Origin: Macrostomum lignano
Taxonomy: Eukaryota
Length of the DNA: 44,754 nt
NCBI GenBank assembly: GCA_002269645.1
Contig: NIVC01004474.1
Span: 1-44,754, forward strand
Direction: 5' to 3'
A program made the translations under genes and the position numbers. Below, one piece after another: positions 1-11,015 of the stretch (the first letter of the stretch is position 1; each line of letters starts with the position of its first letter). The notes under the pieces were generated by a model that was given only the letters and a program-made list of their open reading frames with translations, did not search any database and had not been told where the DNA came from.

Positions 1-310
1 GTTGGCAAGTGTCAGCAAGCTCCAAAATACCCTTTTTGCCAAAAGTGTATCAATGATGATTATAGACTAGGCCTAGACTGTATTAGCTATAGGAAATTGT
101 TTTAATTATGCTGCAACACTGGTTTGATACTCCAGGCATTCTTAAATATTAAATAAGTGATTATAAAGAGGGTGCACTAAGTTCTGATCAAATAATAACT
201 AATAACAATTGTATTTAGATTTAATTAGTCATTCAGTGCAGATAAATGGCTAACAAGCTAATATGTCAAACAATAATTTTGGCTTAAACCAAATGTCTAG
301 TTGCTATAAT

Positions 311-366
311 GCCTAGTTGACAAATGCTGATTGACAAAATGCCAGTTGATAAAAAGTCCTGGAACC
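311..366. mobile_element. Possible decayed terminus of a non-autonomous DNA transposon (short subterminal repeats ending in GGAACC)
   Basis: Three spaced GTTGA/ATTGA-CAAA-like motifs followed by AAAAGTCCTGGAACC. The partner end is not visible in the window. Confidence 0.25.
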
Positions 367-1544
367 AATTATTGCATCTAATCTTGAAATTTAACCTATT
401 TAAAAAAGCTTACATACACTAGACAGTTGCTAATTCCAATTCTAACATCAATGTGTTGATAGAGTCCTTAGCTTCAAAAGCTTAAACTAAGCTTATAAAT
501 CATTTTTTATTTTTCAAGTTTAGTAGAAGCAGGTATAGTTATAGCTAATAGCTATTTGGTCACTAAATTCAAAATAAAAATATAGAAAAACACATCGAGA
601 AATGTGCTAGTCATAGCACTATTTTTCAAATATCTATATTTTAATAATAATGGTTTTTATATTGTCTTGAACCTAGGTTTAAATTATAGCACTTTTTGAC
701 AAATTCTAATGGCATAAAATATACTAAACAAAGTATAACATGCCCATAGTCTAGTCTTGATTTCTAGCATAGAGCAATAATATATATAACATTTTATAAA
801 ACCTCTTCTTTAGTTATTGGTTGCTCTAGAGTTTCAATTCAACTTGGTGCTCAAAGTCTTATAGTTCAAAAACAATAAAGGGATATATCATATAGCCTTT
901 TCTTGGGTTTGTTTCTATCTATTTGGCTTATAGCTTTTTATCATATAGGAGTTAATAGTCAATCCTAAAGGCAGAGGTTCATTTTTATAGCCACTTTCAT
1001 AGTCAAACATACCAATTACCAGTGTTAACATGCTTGAAAGTCAATATTTTTTGGTTGGGTTAATATTAGTCTCCTTGGTATTGGTATTATTCTTTGAAAG
1101 TTTGAATTCTTTAGTTGATGATTATAACAATGACTAGCCTACTATCTAAGTAATTATGAACCTGCTCTTTAATTACTAAATTACTGAACCTATATTCTCT
1201 TTTGAACTTAGGATTTTGTACTTGTTAGTAATAATCATCTTATTGGCATAGTACTACATACTACATGTATTGCTATTCCATTGAAACTGCTTACTGTTAA
1301 CATTAGCAACATTAGCAATCATGCAAATAATGGGCCAGTTGCATTACATTTGCTTTTAGCTATTGCAGCTTTATCAATTATTTGCAAGTAGCATTGCTTT
1401 GTTGTTAGACTTTTTGGCTGCATTTATATATTTATCTTAACAATTTAACATCCTTTTGATAAAGCAAAGGCAAGTGTTATCACTGTTATTAACATTTGGT
1501 ACCACAGTGCTATGTTGTTGGTTAGTTTAGCATTATTAGTGCAT

Positions 1545-2303
1545 CTGTTGGAGGTTGATAGCCCTCACAGATGGTTATCTAGCTGTTGGTCAAGTGTCTA
1601 TACTTGTATGCTATTGGTTCCCTATCATTGGCTGACTAGTAGTAGGAGGTTGACAGCCCTCACAGATGGTCATCCAACTGTTGGTCAAGTGTCTATACTC
1701 GTATGCTATTGGTTCCCTATCATTGGCTGACTAGTAGTAGGAGGTTGACAGCCCTCACAGATGGTCATCCAACTGTTGGTCAAGTGTCTATACTCGTATG
1801 CTATTGGTTCCCTATCATTGGCTGACTAGTAGTAGGAGGTTGACAGCCCTCACAGATGGTCATCCAACTGTTGGTCAAGTGTCTATATTCGTATGCTATT
1901 GGTTCCCTATCATTGGCTGACTAGTAGTAGGAGGTTGACAGCCCTCACAGATGGTCATCAACTGTTGGTCAAGTGTCTATACTCGTATGCTATTGGTTCC
2001 CTATCATTGGCTGACTAGTAGTAGGAGGTTGATAGCCCTCACAGATGGTCATCCAACTGTTGGTCAAGTGTCTATACTCGTATGCTATTGGTTCCCTATC
2101 ATTGGCTGACTAGTAGTAGGAGGTTGACAGCCCTCATAGATGGTCATCCAACTGTTGGTCAAGTGTCTATACTCGTATGCTATTGGTTCCCTATCATTGG
2201 CTGACTAGTAGTAGGAGGTTGACAGCCTCATAGATGGTCATCCAACTGTTGGTCAAGTGTCTATACTCGTATGCTATTGGTTCCCTATTGTTGGCTGACT
2301 AGT
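1545..2303. repeat. Tandem array, 95-bp unit, ~8 copies
   Basis: GCTGACTAGTAGTAGGAGGTTGACAGCCCTCACAG recurs at 1631, 1726 and onward with 95-bp spacing. Confidence 0.95.
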
Positions 2304-2308
2304 CCTCA

Positions 2309-2975
2309 AAGTCAGTTAGCTATTAATGTCAAAGCTTAAGCTAGGGGTTCACTGCTAGTTGCTTACTTTGGCAGCTTCTATCTAAGCCTTCTCTAGGCAT
2401 TCAATATCATCTTCTAGCCCTCTTTTCTTGCTTTTCTTAAGTGCATTTATATAAGCTCTATCACCACTAGCATGATAATGGCTTGGCTTCATTGCCACTA
2501 GCATGTACAATATAGAATCTGGTATATAGAATAATGCTGCACAGCAACAAAATTAAGCATATCTGAGGCCTCCTAAATCTTTTATAGTTCTTTTTAATAA
2601 GCTTTTTAATTGCAATGCTATTATAAACACTAGGAGGCCATTTTTATAGTAGCTTTCAGATAGATACTTTTAAGAATGCTTGAGCCTTCCTTTTCCAGCA
2701 GAGATTTCCAAATAAAATAAAATATCTTATTGAATCATGTGAACTTCTTTAATGTAGAAAATATCATAACCTTGGAGCATTGTATTGGAATTGAGTAAAT
2801 TAATTTTTGGTACTTCTTGGTAAAAAGAACTTATTGTATTCCAATAGTCTTTTAAGTCAGTTAGCTGTCAATTAGTCAATATCAAAGCTCAAGCTAGGGG
2901 TTCACTGCTAGCTGCTTACTTTGGTCCTTGTTGGTAGCTTCCATCTAAGCTTTCTCTAGGCATTCAATATCATCT
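2309..2975. repeat. Diverged direct duplication (2309-2412 and 2854-2975)
   Basis: Both copies contain AAGTCAGTTAGCT...AAGCTAGGGGTTCACTGCTAG...TCTCTAGGCATTCAATATCATCT. Confidence 0.85.
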
Positions 2976-3659
2976 GGCCTTCTAGAGAGGCCATCAACAT
3001 TTTATTGCTGACCTGATCTGCAGTGCTAGATTTTGATATAAAATTTGCCAAGTCTTAGAGTAGTGGTATATTCTGTCCACAACTTCCAATATTTGTAGAT
3101 GACTAACACCTCACAATAAAAATATAACTATGAGCTGCAAACCAAGAAAGCACAATGGGCATGCATCTGATCAGACCAAGTTTCTACTGTCTTAGATAAA
3201 TGCTCGTAGTACTGCAACTCAACAGGTAAAGACTGGTAAAGGTTGGTTTGCAATGCGCTTTGGAGTAGATCAAATTGTTATTCACTATAAATGATTCAAT
3301 TGTAAGCCTCTTTTAAGCTGATAAACATTAAATTTTCAGTAGGCTTTTTTTAAGTTAGTAAAAATTAGCCACATCATTTTGGTGACCATAGGCCTATATA
3401 GACCAAATTAATGCCATTGCACTTGGAATTGAATCTAGGCCACTGGCACATCAGAGTGCTACCTACACTAGACCACTTAGGCTATGCCCCCCTGCACTTT
3501 AATTTCTACAACTAATTGAATTAAGAATGAGTAATTTTATGTAAGAATTTAAGTATTTCTGTTTATTCTTATTAGATTTTTCGCTTTTGGTGTAGACCCT
3601 AGCACTTGCAATTATTGTAGGAATATTTTAGTCTATCATGGTTATGAGTACTTTTTGAT

Positions 3660-4648
3660 AGAGCCTGCATTTGGTCACTGCAGTCAGCAGTACTCAATAT
3701 AGAGCCTGTATTTGGTCACTGCAGTCAGCAGTACTCAATATAGAGCCTTCATTTGGTCACTGCAGTCAGCAGTACTCAATATAGAGCCTGCATTTGGTCA
3801 CTGCAGCCAGCAGTACTCAATATAGAGCCTGCATTTGGTCACTGCAGCCAGCAGTACTCAATATATAGAGCCTGCATTTGGTCATTGCAGCCAGCAGTAC
3901 TCAATATAGAGCCTGCTTTTGGTTACTGCAGTCAGCAGTACTCAATATATAGAGCCTGCATTTGGTCACTGCAGCCAGCAGTACTCAATATATAGAGCCT
4001 GCATTTGGTCACTGCAGCCAGCAGTACTCAATATATAGAGCCTGCATTTGGTCACTGCAGCCAGCAGTACTCAATATAGAGCCTGCATTTGGTCACTGCA
4101 GTCAGCAGTACTCAATATAGAGCCTGCATTTGGTCACTGCAGTCAGCAGTACTTAATATAGAGCCTGCATTTGGTCACTGCAGTCAGCAGTACTCAATAT
4201 AGAGCCTGCATTTGGTCACTGCAGCCAGCAGTACTCAATATAGAGCCTGCATTTGGTCACTGCAGCAGCAGTACTCAATATAGAGCCTGCATTTGGTCAC
4301 TGCAGCCAGCAGTACTCAATATAGAGCCTGCATTTGGTCACTGCAGCCAGCAGTACTCAATATAGAGCCTGCATTTGGTCACTGCAGTCAGCAGTACTCA
4401 ATATAGAGCCTGCATTTGGTCACTGCAGTCAGCAGTACTCAATATAGAGCCTGCATTTGGTCACTGCAGCCAGCAGTACTTAATATAGAGCCTGCATTTG
4501 GTCACTGCAGTCAGCAGTACTCAATATAGAGCCTGCATTTGGTCACTGCAGCCAGCAGTACTCAATATAGAGCCTGCATTTGGTCACTGCAGCCAGCAGT
4601 ACTCAATATAGACCCTGCATTTGGTCACTGCAGCCAGCAGTACTTAAT
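3660..4648. repeat. Tandem array, 41-bp unit (43-bp variants), ~24 copies
   Basis: AGAGCCTGCATTTGGTCACTGCAG(T/C)CAGCAGTACTCAATAT, with unit starts at 3660 and 3701. Confidence 0.97.
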
Positions 4649-4691
4649 AAGTTCCACTTCAATTGGTTTCCCACTCCAGCCAATCGAGCTC

Positions 4692-7600
4692 ATGGAAGCG
4701 GAGGACAGCTCGAACGGACGCCCAGATCGAACCTGCTTAGTGTGCTCAAAAAGCTTCAAGTACCCCAGTCAGCTGCGATTGCACCAGAGCGTGCACTCGC
4801 TTGCGCGTCCGTTTCCTTGCGATGAGTGCGGGCGCACTTTTAAATACGCGTCGACGCTGAGCGAGCACAAGCTCATTCACGCCGCCGACTCGAAGCCGTT
4901 CGTGTGCGGCGTCTGCGGACGGGCTTTGCTTATCGCGGCAACTACCGGGCCCACGCTGCAGTGCACGCCGATATTGACAAGCGGGAGCGCCGGTTCCGAT
5001 GCGATCAGTGTGTACTTTTTATTTTAATATGACCGGCTAATAGCCGGCTATTGTGCGGTAGGTTTGATTAGAGTTTGTTGTTATGCCGTGTCAGCTATTA
5101 GATTTGTCATATGAGATTTGCCAGTCACGAGAATTATCAGCTATGTCTTGAGATTTGTCAGTCATGAGAATTATCAGCTATGAGATTTGTTGTCTATAAG
5201 ATCTGTCAGCTATGAGATGCGTTAGCTATGAGATTTGTCAGCTATGAGATTTGTCAGCTATGGGATTTGTCAGCTATGAGATGTGTTAGCTATGGGATTT
5301 GTCAGCTATAAAATTTGTCAGCTATGAGATGTGTTAGCTATGAGATTTGTCAGCTATGAGATTTGTCAGCTATGAGATTTGTCAGCTATGAGATTTGTCA
5401 GCTATGAGATGTGTCAGCTATTAGATGTGTCAGCTATTAGATTTACATATGAGATTTGTCAGTCACAAGAATTATCAGCTATGACTTGAGATTTGTCAGT
5501 CATGAGAATTATCAGCTATGAGATTTGTTGTCTATAAGATCTGTCAGCTATGAGATTTGTCAGCTATAAAATTTGTCAGCTATGAGATGTGTTAACTATG
5601 AGATTTGTCAGCTATGAGATTTGTCAGCTATAAGATTTGTCAGCTATGAGATGTGTCAGCTATTAGATTTACATATGAGATTTGTCAGTCACAAGAATTA
5701 TCAGCTATGACTTGAGATTTGTCAGTCATGAGAATTATCAGCTATGAGATTTGTTGTCTATGAGATCTGTCAGCTATGAGATGTGTTAGCTGTGAGATTT
5801 GTCAGCTATAAAATTTGTCAGCTATGAGATGTGTTAGCTATGAGATTTGTCAGCTATGAGATTTGTCAGCTATGAGATTTGTCAGCTATTAGATTTACAT
5901 ATGAGATTTGTCAGTCACAAGAATTATCAGCTATGACTTGAGATTTGTCAGTCATGAGAATTATCAGCTATGAGATTTGTTGTCTATAAGATCTGTCAGC
6001 TATGAGATTTGTCAGCTATAAAATTTGTCAGCTATGAGATGTGTTAACTATGAGATTTGTCAGCTATGAGATTTGTCAGCTATAAGATTTGTCAGCTATG
6101 AGATGTGTCAGCTATTAGATTTACATATGAGATTTGTCAGTCACAAGAATTATCAGCTATGACTTGAGATTTGTCAGTCATGAGAATTATCAGCTATGAG
6201 ATTTGTTGTCTATGAGATCTGTCAGCTATGAGATGTGTTAGCTGTGAGATTTGTCAGCTATAAAATTTGTCAGCTATGAGATGTGTTAGCTATGAGATTT
6301 GTCAGCTATGAGATTTGTCAGCTATGAGATTTGTCAGCTATTAGATTTACATATGAGATTTGTCAGTCACAAGAATTATCAGCTATGACTTGAGATTTGT
6401 CAGTCATGAGAATTATCAGCTATGAGATTTGTTGTCTATAAGATCTGTCAGCTATGAGATTTGTCAGCTATAAAATTTGTCAGCTATGAGATGTGTTAAC
6501 TATGAGATTTGTCAGCTATGAGATTTGTCAGCTATAAGATTTGTCAGCTATGAGATGTGTCAGCTATTAGATTTACATATGAGATTTGTCAGTCACAAGA
6601 ATTATCAGCTATGACTTGAGATTTGTCAGTCATGAGAATTATCAGCTATGAGATTTGTTGTCTATAAGATCTGTCAGCTATGAGATGCGTTAGCTATGAG
6701 ATTTGTCAGCTATGAGATTTGTCAGCTATGGGATTTGTCAGCTATGAGATGTGTTAGCTATGAGATTTGTCAGCTATAAAATTTGTCAGCTATGAGATGT
6801 GTTAGCTATGAGATTTGTCAGCTATGAGATTTGTCAGCTATGAGATTTGTCAGCTATAAGATTTGTCAGCTATGAGATGTGTCAGCCATTAGATTTACAT
6901 ATGAGATTTGTCAGTCACAAGAATTATCAGCTTTGACTTGAGATTTGTCAGTCATGAGAATTATCAGCTATGAGATTTGTTGTCTATAAGATCTGTCAGC
7001 TATGAGATGCGTTAGCTATGAGATTTGTCAGCTATGAGATTTGTCAGCTATGGGATTTGTCAGCTATGAGATGTCAGCTATGAGATGTCAGCTATGAGAT
7101 GTCAGCTATAAGAGTTTTCAGCAATGAGATTTTGCCAGCTCTGCGATCTGTCAAAGATTTGCAAGCAGCACTAGTAAAATGTGTCAGTCCTGAGTCATGA
7201 AAGGAGGCATGAAAGTGGGCCCAGGACGGACCAACCTAGGCCTCTTTTTAAGTTTGATCGGACTTAATTAATTAAAAAATTATTCTATTCTCATAAAAGT
7301 AAGCTGAAAGTCCACTGTTCCTTGGTTCAGTCCAGCATCCCAACCCAAATTGTATTGCGACATTTGCACCGCCACCAACAGGTGCCCAGCCGCTTATTTG
7401 CACCGGTCTCACCTGCACGAGCACATCGCGGCGAAGCATTTGCAGTTGCTACAATCGGCTAGCCAGAATCCGGAAGCGGAAGTGGCTGAATCTCAGCCGG
7501 ATGCAGCTGCGGAGCCGGCTGCCGAAGCACCCAAAGGCCTGTTTGAATGCGGCATGTGCGGCAAGGCGTACAGGTACCGGAACTCGCTGCTGGAGCATCA

Positions 7601-9733
7601 GCGAGGTCACCGGAAACAGAGGCGGCTGCGGCGGGTGAGGCTTGACCAGATTTCAGATATGAGATTCTTAGATATGAGATGTGTCAGTTTAGATATGAGA
7701 TTTGTCAGCTTAGATATGATATTTGTCAGCTTGATACCAAAGTGTCAGCTTGATACCAGAATGTCAGCATGGATACCAGAATGTCAGCATAGATACCAGA
7801 ATGTCAGCATAGATACCAAAATGTCAGCATAAATACCAGAATGTCAGCATAGATACCAGAATGTCAGCATAGATACCAGAATGTCAGCAAGAATGTCAGC
7901 ATAGATGCAAGAATGTCAGCATAGATACCAGAATGTCAGCATAGATACCAGAATATCAGCATAGATACCAGAATGTCAGCATACATACCAGAATGTCAGC
8001 ATAGATACCAGAATGTCAGCATAGATACCAGAATGTCAGCATAGATACCAGAATGTCAGCATACATACCAGAATGTCAGCATAGATACCAGAATGTCAGC
8101 AAGAATGTCAGCATAGATACCAGAATGTCAGCATAGATACCAGAATGTCAGCAAGAATGTCAGCATAGATACCAGAATGTCAGCAAGAATGTCAGCATAG
8201 ATACCATTATGTAAAGGTACTGTCTAATACACCAGATCAAATATCTTCATTCCCTCCGCAGCCGCTGAAGTGCACCGTCTGCCACGTAATCTTTGATGAC
8301 GTTTTCAAGCTGCGTCAACACGTCGAACTGGACGACGCGCCGGAGAATGCCCGCCGTCACGTGTGCTGCAAGTGCGGGCGCGCCTTCTTGCGCCGCTGCT
8401 ATCTGGCGCTGCACGTGGCCGGCGCGCACAAATTCAAACGACGCCACAACTGCCAGCTGTGCGGCAAGTCGTTTCTATTGTTAAAATGCCTCCGCCAGCA
8501 CCAGGCCTGGGTGCATGCCGACGGGTCTGTGCGGAACTGTGCGGACTGCGGCCGGCAGATCAGAGGCGGCGCCGCTGGCATGCGCGCCCACGCTGCCACT
8601 CACGCTTGGCGACTGCGGCTGCAGCAGGAAGAGGACAAGGCTGCCGAGGCTTGGTCAGTGTGATGTCACTCGGGCTCGCCTCTGACTGACTGACTCACTG
8701 ACTGACACACTGACTGACTCACTGACTGACATACTGACTCACTGACTCACTGACTCACTGACTGACTAACTGACTGACATACTGACTGACATACTGACTG
8801 ACTGACTCACTGACTGACTCACTGACTGACACACTGACTGACTCACTGACTGACATACTGACTCACTGACTGACTGACTGACTCACTGACTCACTGACTG
8901 ACATACTGACTCACTGACTGACTCACTGACTCACTGACTGACATACTGACTCACTGACTCACTGACTGACTCACTGATTGACTCACTGACTGACACACTG
9001 ACTCACTGGCTGACATACTGACTCACTGACTGACATACTGACTCACTGACTCACTCACTCACTGACTCACTCACTCACTCACTCACTCACTCTGACTGAC
9101 TGAGTCACCAACTCACCCCATCTCTCTCGAACGCATTTCAGCCGAACTCGCCAGCAAGAGAAACTGTTTAAAAAGCAATTAAGGGAGAAGAAGAAGACAA
9201 ACAAGAAGAAAAGCACAGAAAAGGAGAACGAAACGCCCGTGTCGCGATTTCGTTGCGACGCCTGCTTCAAGGAGTTTCCTCGACTGTTCAATCTGCAGCG
9301 CCATCAGCGTCGGGTTCACGACCGGCCTCCTGCCCGCGGCGACGGCAGCGCGCAGCAACGCCGTCGCTCATCGTCCTCCAATAGCGAGGCAAGACCCTTC
9401 AAGTGCGAAGCTTGTGGCAAAGATTTCCGTTGGGAGCGCAATTTGAAGGCTCACTCGATTGCACTGCATGGCGAAGGCGATCGGCCGGTTGAGAACTCAT
9501 TTCAATGCGGCCAGTGCGACAAGGTCTTCCCCACGAGGGCGAGGCTGGACACTCACAGCCGGTCGCATTACAGCGCTCGGCCATTCGGCTGCAACCAGTG
9601 CGACGCCGCCTACAAGCACAAGAAGAACCTGGTGGCCCACGTTCTGCGGTGCCACAGTGGGCTGGATCGGCAGGGTGATGCCGCCGGTGACTCCAGCGAC
9701 TCCACTTCGGAGGGGAACTCGGATGATGAGTGA
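4692..9733 (+). CDS. Multi-C2H2 zinc-finger protein (~13-14 fingers), four coding exons
   Basis: Exons ~4692-~5010 (1-bp frameshift at 4925-4927), ~7331/7336-7634, 8262-8653 and 9142-9733. C-x2-C...H-x3/4-H fingers with RPF/KPF linkers. Junctions 7634|GTGAGG...CCGCAG|8262 (phase 0) and 8653|GTCAGT...TTTCAG|9142 (phase 2) keep frame. The exon1-exon2 junction and the start codon are uncertain. Confidence 0.8.
5090..7130. repeat. Intronic minisatellite, 16-bp unit with 226-bp and 452-bp higher-order periods
   Basis: Unit GCTATGAGATTTGTCA. The marker ATTTACATATG lies at 5441, 5667, 5893, 6119, 6345, 6571 and 6893. Confidence 0.95.
7655..8205. repeat. Intronic minisatellite, 20-bp unit
   Basis: AGAATGTCAGCATAGATACC repeated; it fills intron 7635-8261. 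Confidence 0.95.
8683..9103. repeat. Compound (CTGA)/(CACT) microsatellite
   Basis: Mosaic of CTGA, CTCA and CATA tetramers, shifting to (CACT)n near 9050-9090; it fills intron 8654-9141. Confidence 0.95.
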
Positions 9734-10378
9734 CTCTGAGTGTTTTAGTGAATCCGAGTGTGACTTTGAGTGTTTTAGTGAATCCGAGTGTGACTTTGAG
9801 TGTTTTAGTGAATCCGAGTGTGACTTTGAGTGTTTTAGTGAATCCGAGTGTGACTTTAGGTGTTTTAGTGAATCCGAGTGTGACTGGGTGTTTTGGTGGA
9901 TCCGAGTGTGACTTTGAGTGTTTTAGTGAATCCGAGTGTGACTTTGAGTGTTTTAGTGAATCCGAGTGTGACTTTGAGTGTTTTAGTGAATCCGAGTGTG
10001 ACTTTGAGTGTTTTAGTAAATCCGAGTGTGACACTGAGTTGAGTGAATCCGAGTGTGACTCTGAGTGTTTTAGTGAATCCGAGTGTGACTCTGAGTGTTT
10101 TAGTGAATCCGAGTGTGACTCTGAGTGTTTTAGTGAATCCGAGTGTGACTCTGAGTGTTTTAGTGAATCCGAGTGTGACTTTGAGTGTTTTACTGAATCC
10201 GAGTGTGACTTTGAGTGTTTTAGTGAATCCGAGTGTGACTTTGAGTGTTTTAGTGAATCCGAGTGTGACTTTGAGTGTTTTAGTGAATCCGAGTGTGACT
10301 TTGAGTGTTTTAGTGAATCCGAGTGTGACTTTGAGTGTTTTAGTGAATCCGAGTGTGACTCTGAGTTGAGTGAATCCG
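9728..10378. repeat. Tandem array, 30-bp unit, ~21 copies, starting at the ZNF stop codon
   Basis: GAGTGTGACTTTGAGTGTTTTAGTGAATCC repeated. Confidence 0.95.
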
Positions 10379-11015
10379 GTTGTCGTACAGAAACTTTAGC
10401 TACCTTTACTGTATTCAATAATCAAGTCGGATTGGGTATTTTTTAATATTCAGTGCAATAACATTTAACTTACACTTAAATTCTCTTTACCTAGTTAAAG
10501 TTCGTGGCAAGTTTCTTTATTTTTCGTTTCATATTACTCAATTCAGTAGTCTGCTTGAGAGGCTTGTTGAAGCATTCTGTTTTCCTTTCCATCTCTTTGA
10601 AACTTGGACACACAATATCCCAGGCTATGAGCGTCATACGTCTGTGGGTTTTTTATTTCCTATATTTCTGCGCTAACATCTTTTTGCTATTAATAAATGG
10701 TTGTTCAACTGTCAGCTTTTTAAGACAGGCATTTCATTACGAATTTTGGTGCACTTATTCTACCAATTGCTTAAAAGTATGGTTTTATTTATTTATGAAA
10801 CACCTTGTACTCGTAGCTAAAGTGGCTCTACTTAAGTAGTATGAGCTGTTGTTACTTTCTATAGTTTTATAATTTGAAGTGAAATTATCGGGTGCTAAAC
10901 ATGCGATAGAAGATACTGATTGTCATAAGTACAGAACATTACAGACAGTAGTATATAGAGTATTGCCGGTTCCATGATCAGTTATTATTAGCTAAGTTTC
11001 TTCCAATATTCTACC

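Noticed and set aside
9399-10446. Cys-rich ESECDFECFS and His/Ser-rich ORFs resembling metal-binding proteins
   Set aside because: These are translations of the 30-bp array. The ZNF frame stops at 9733, with a second TGA two codons later.
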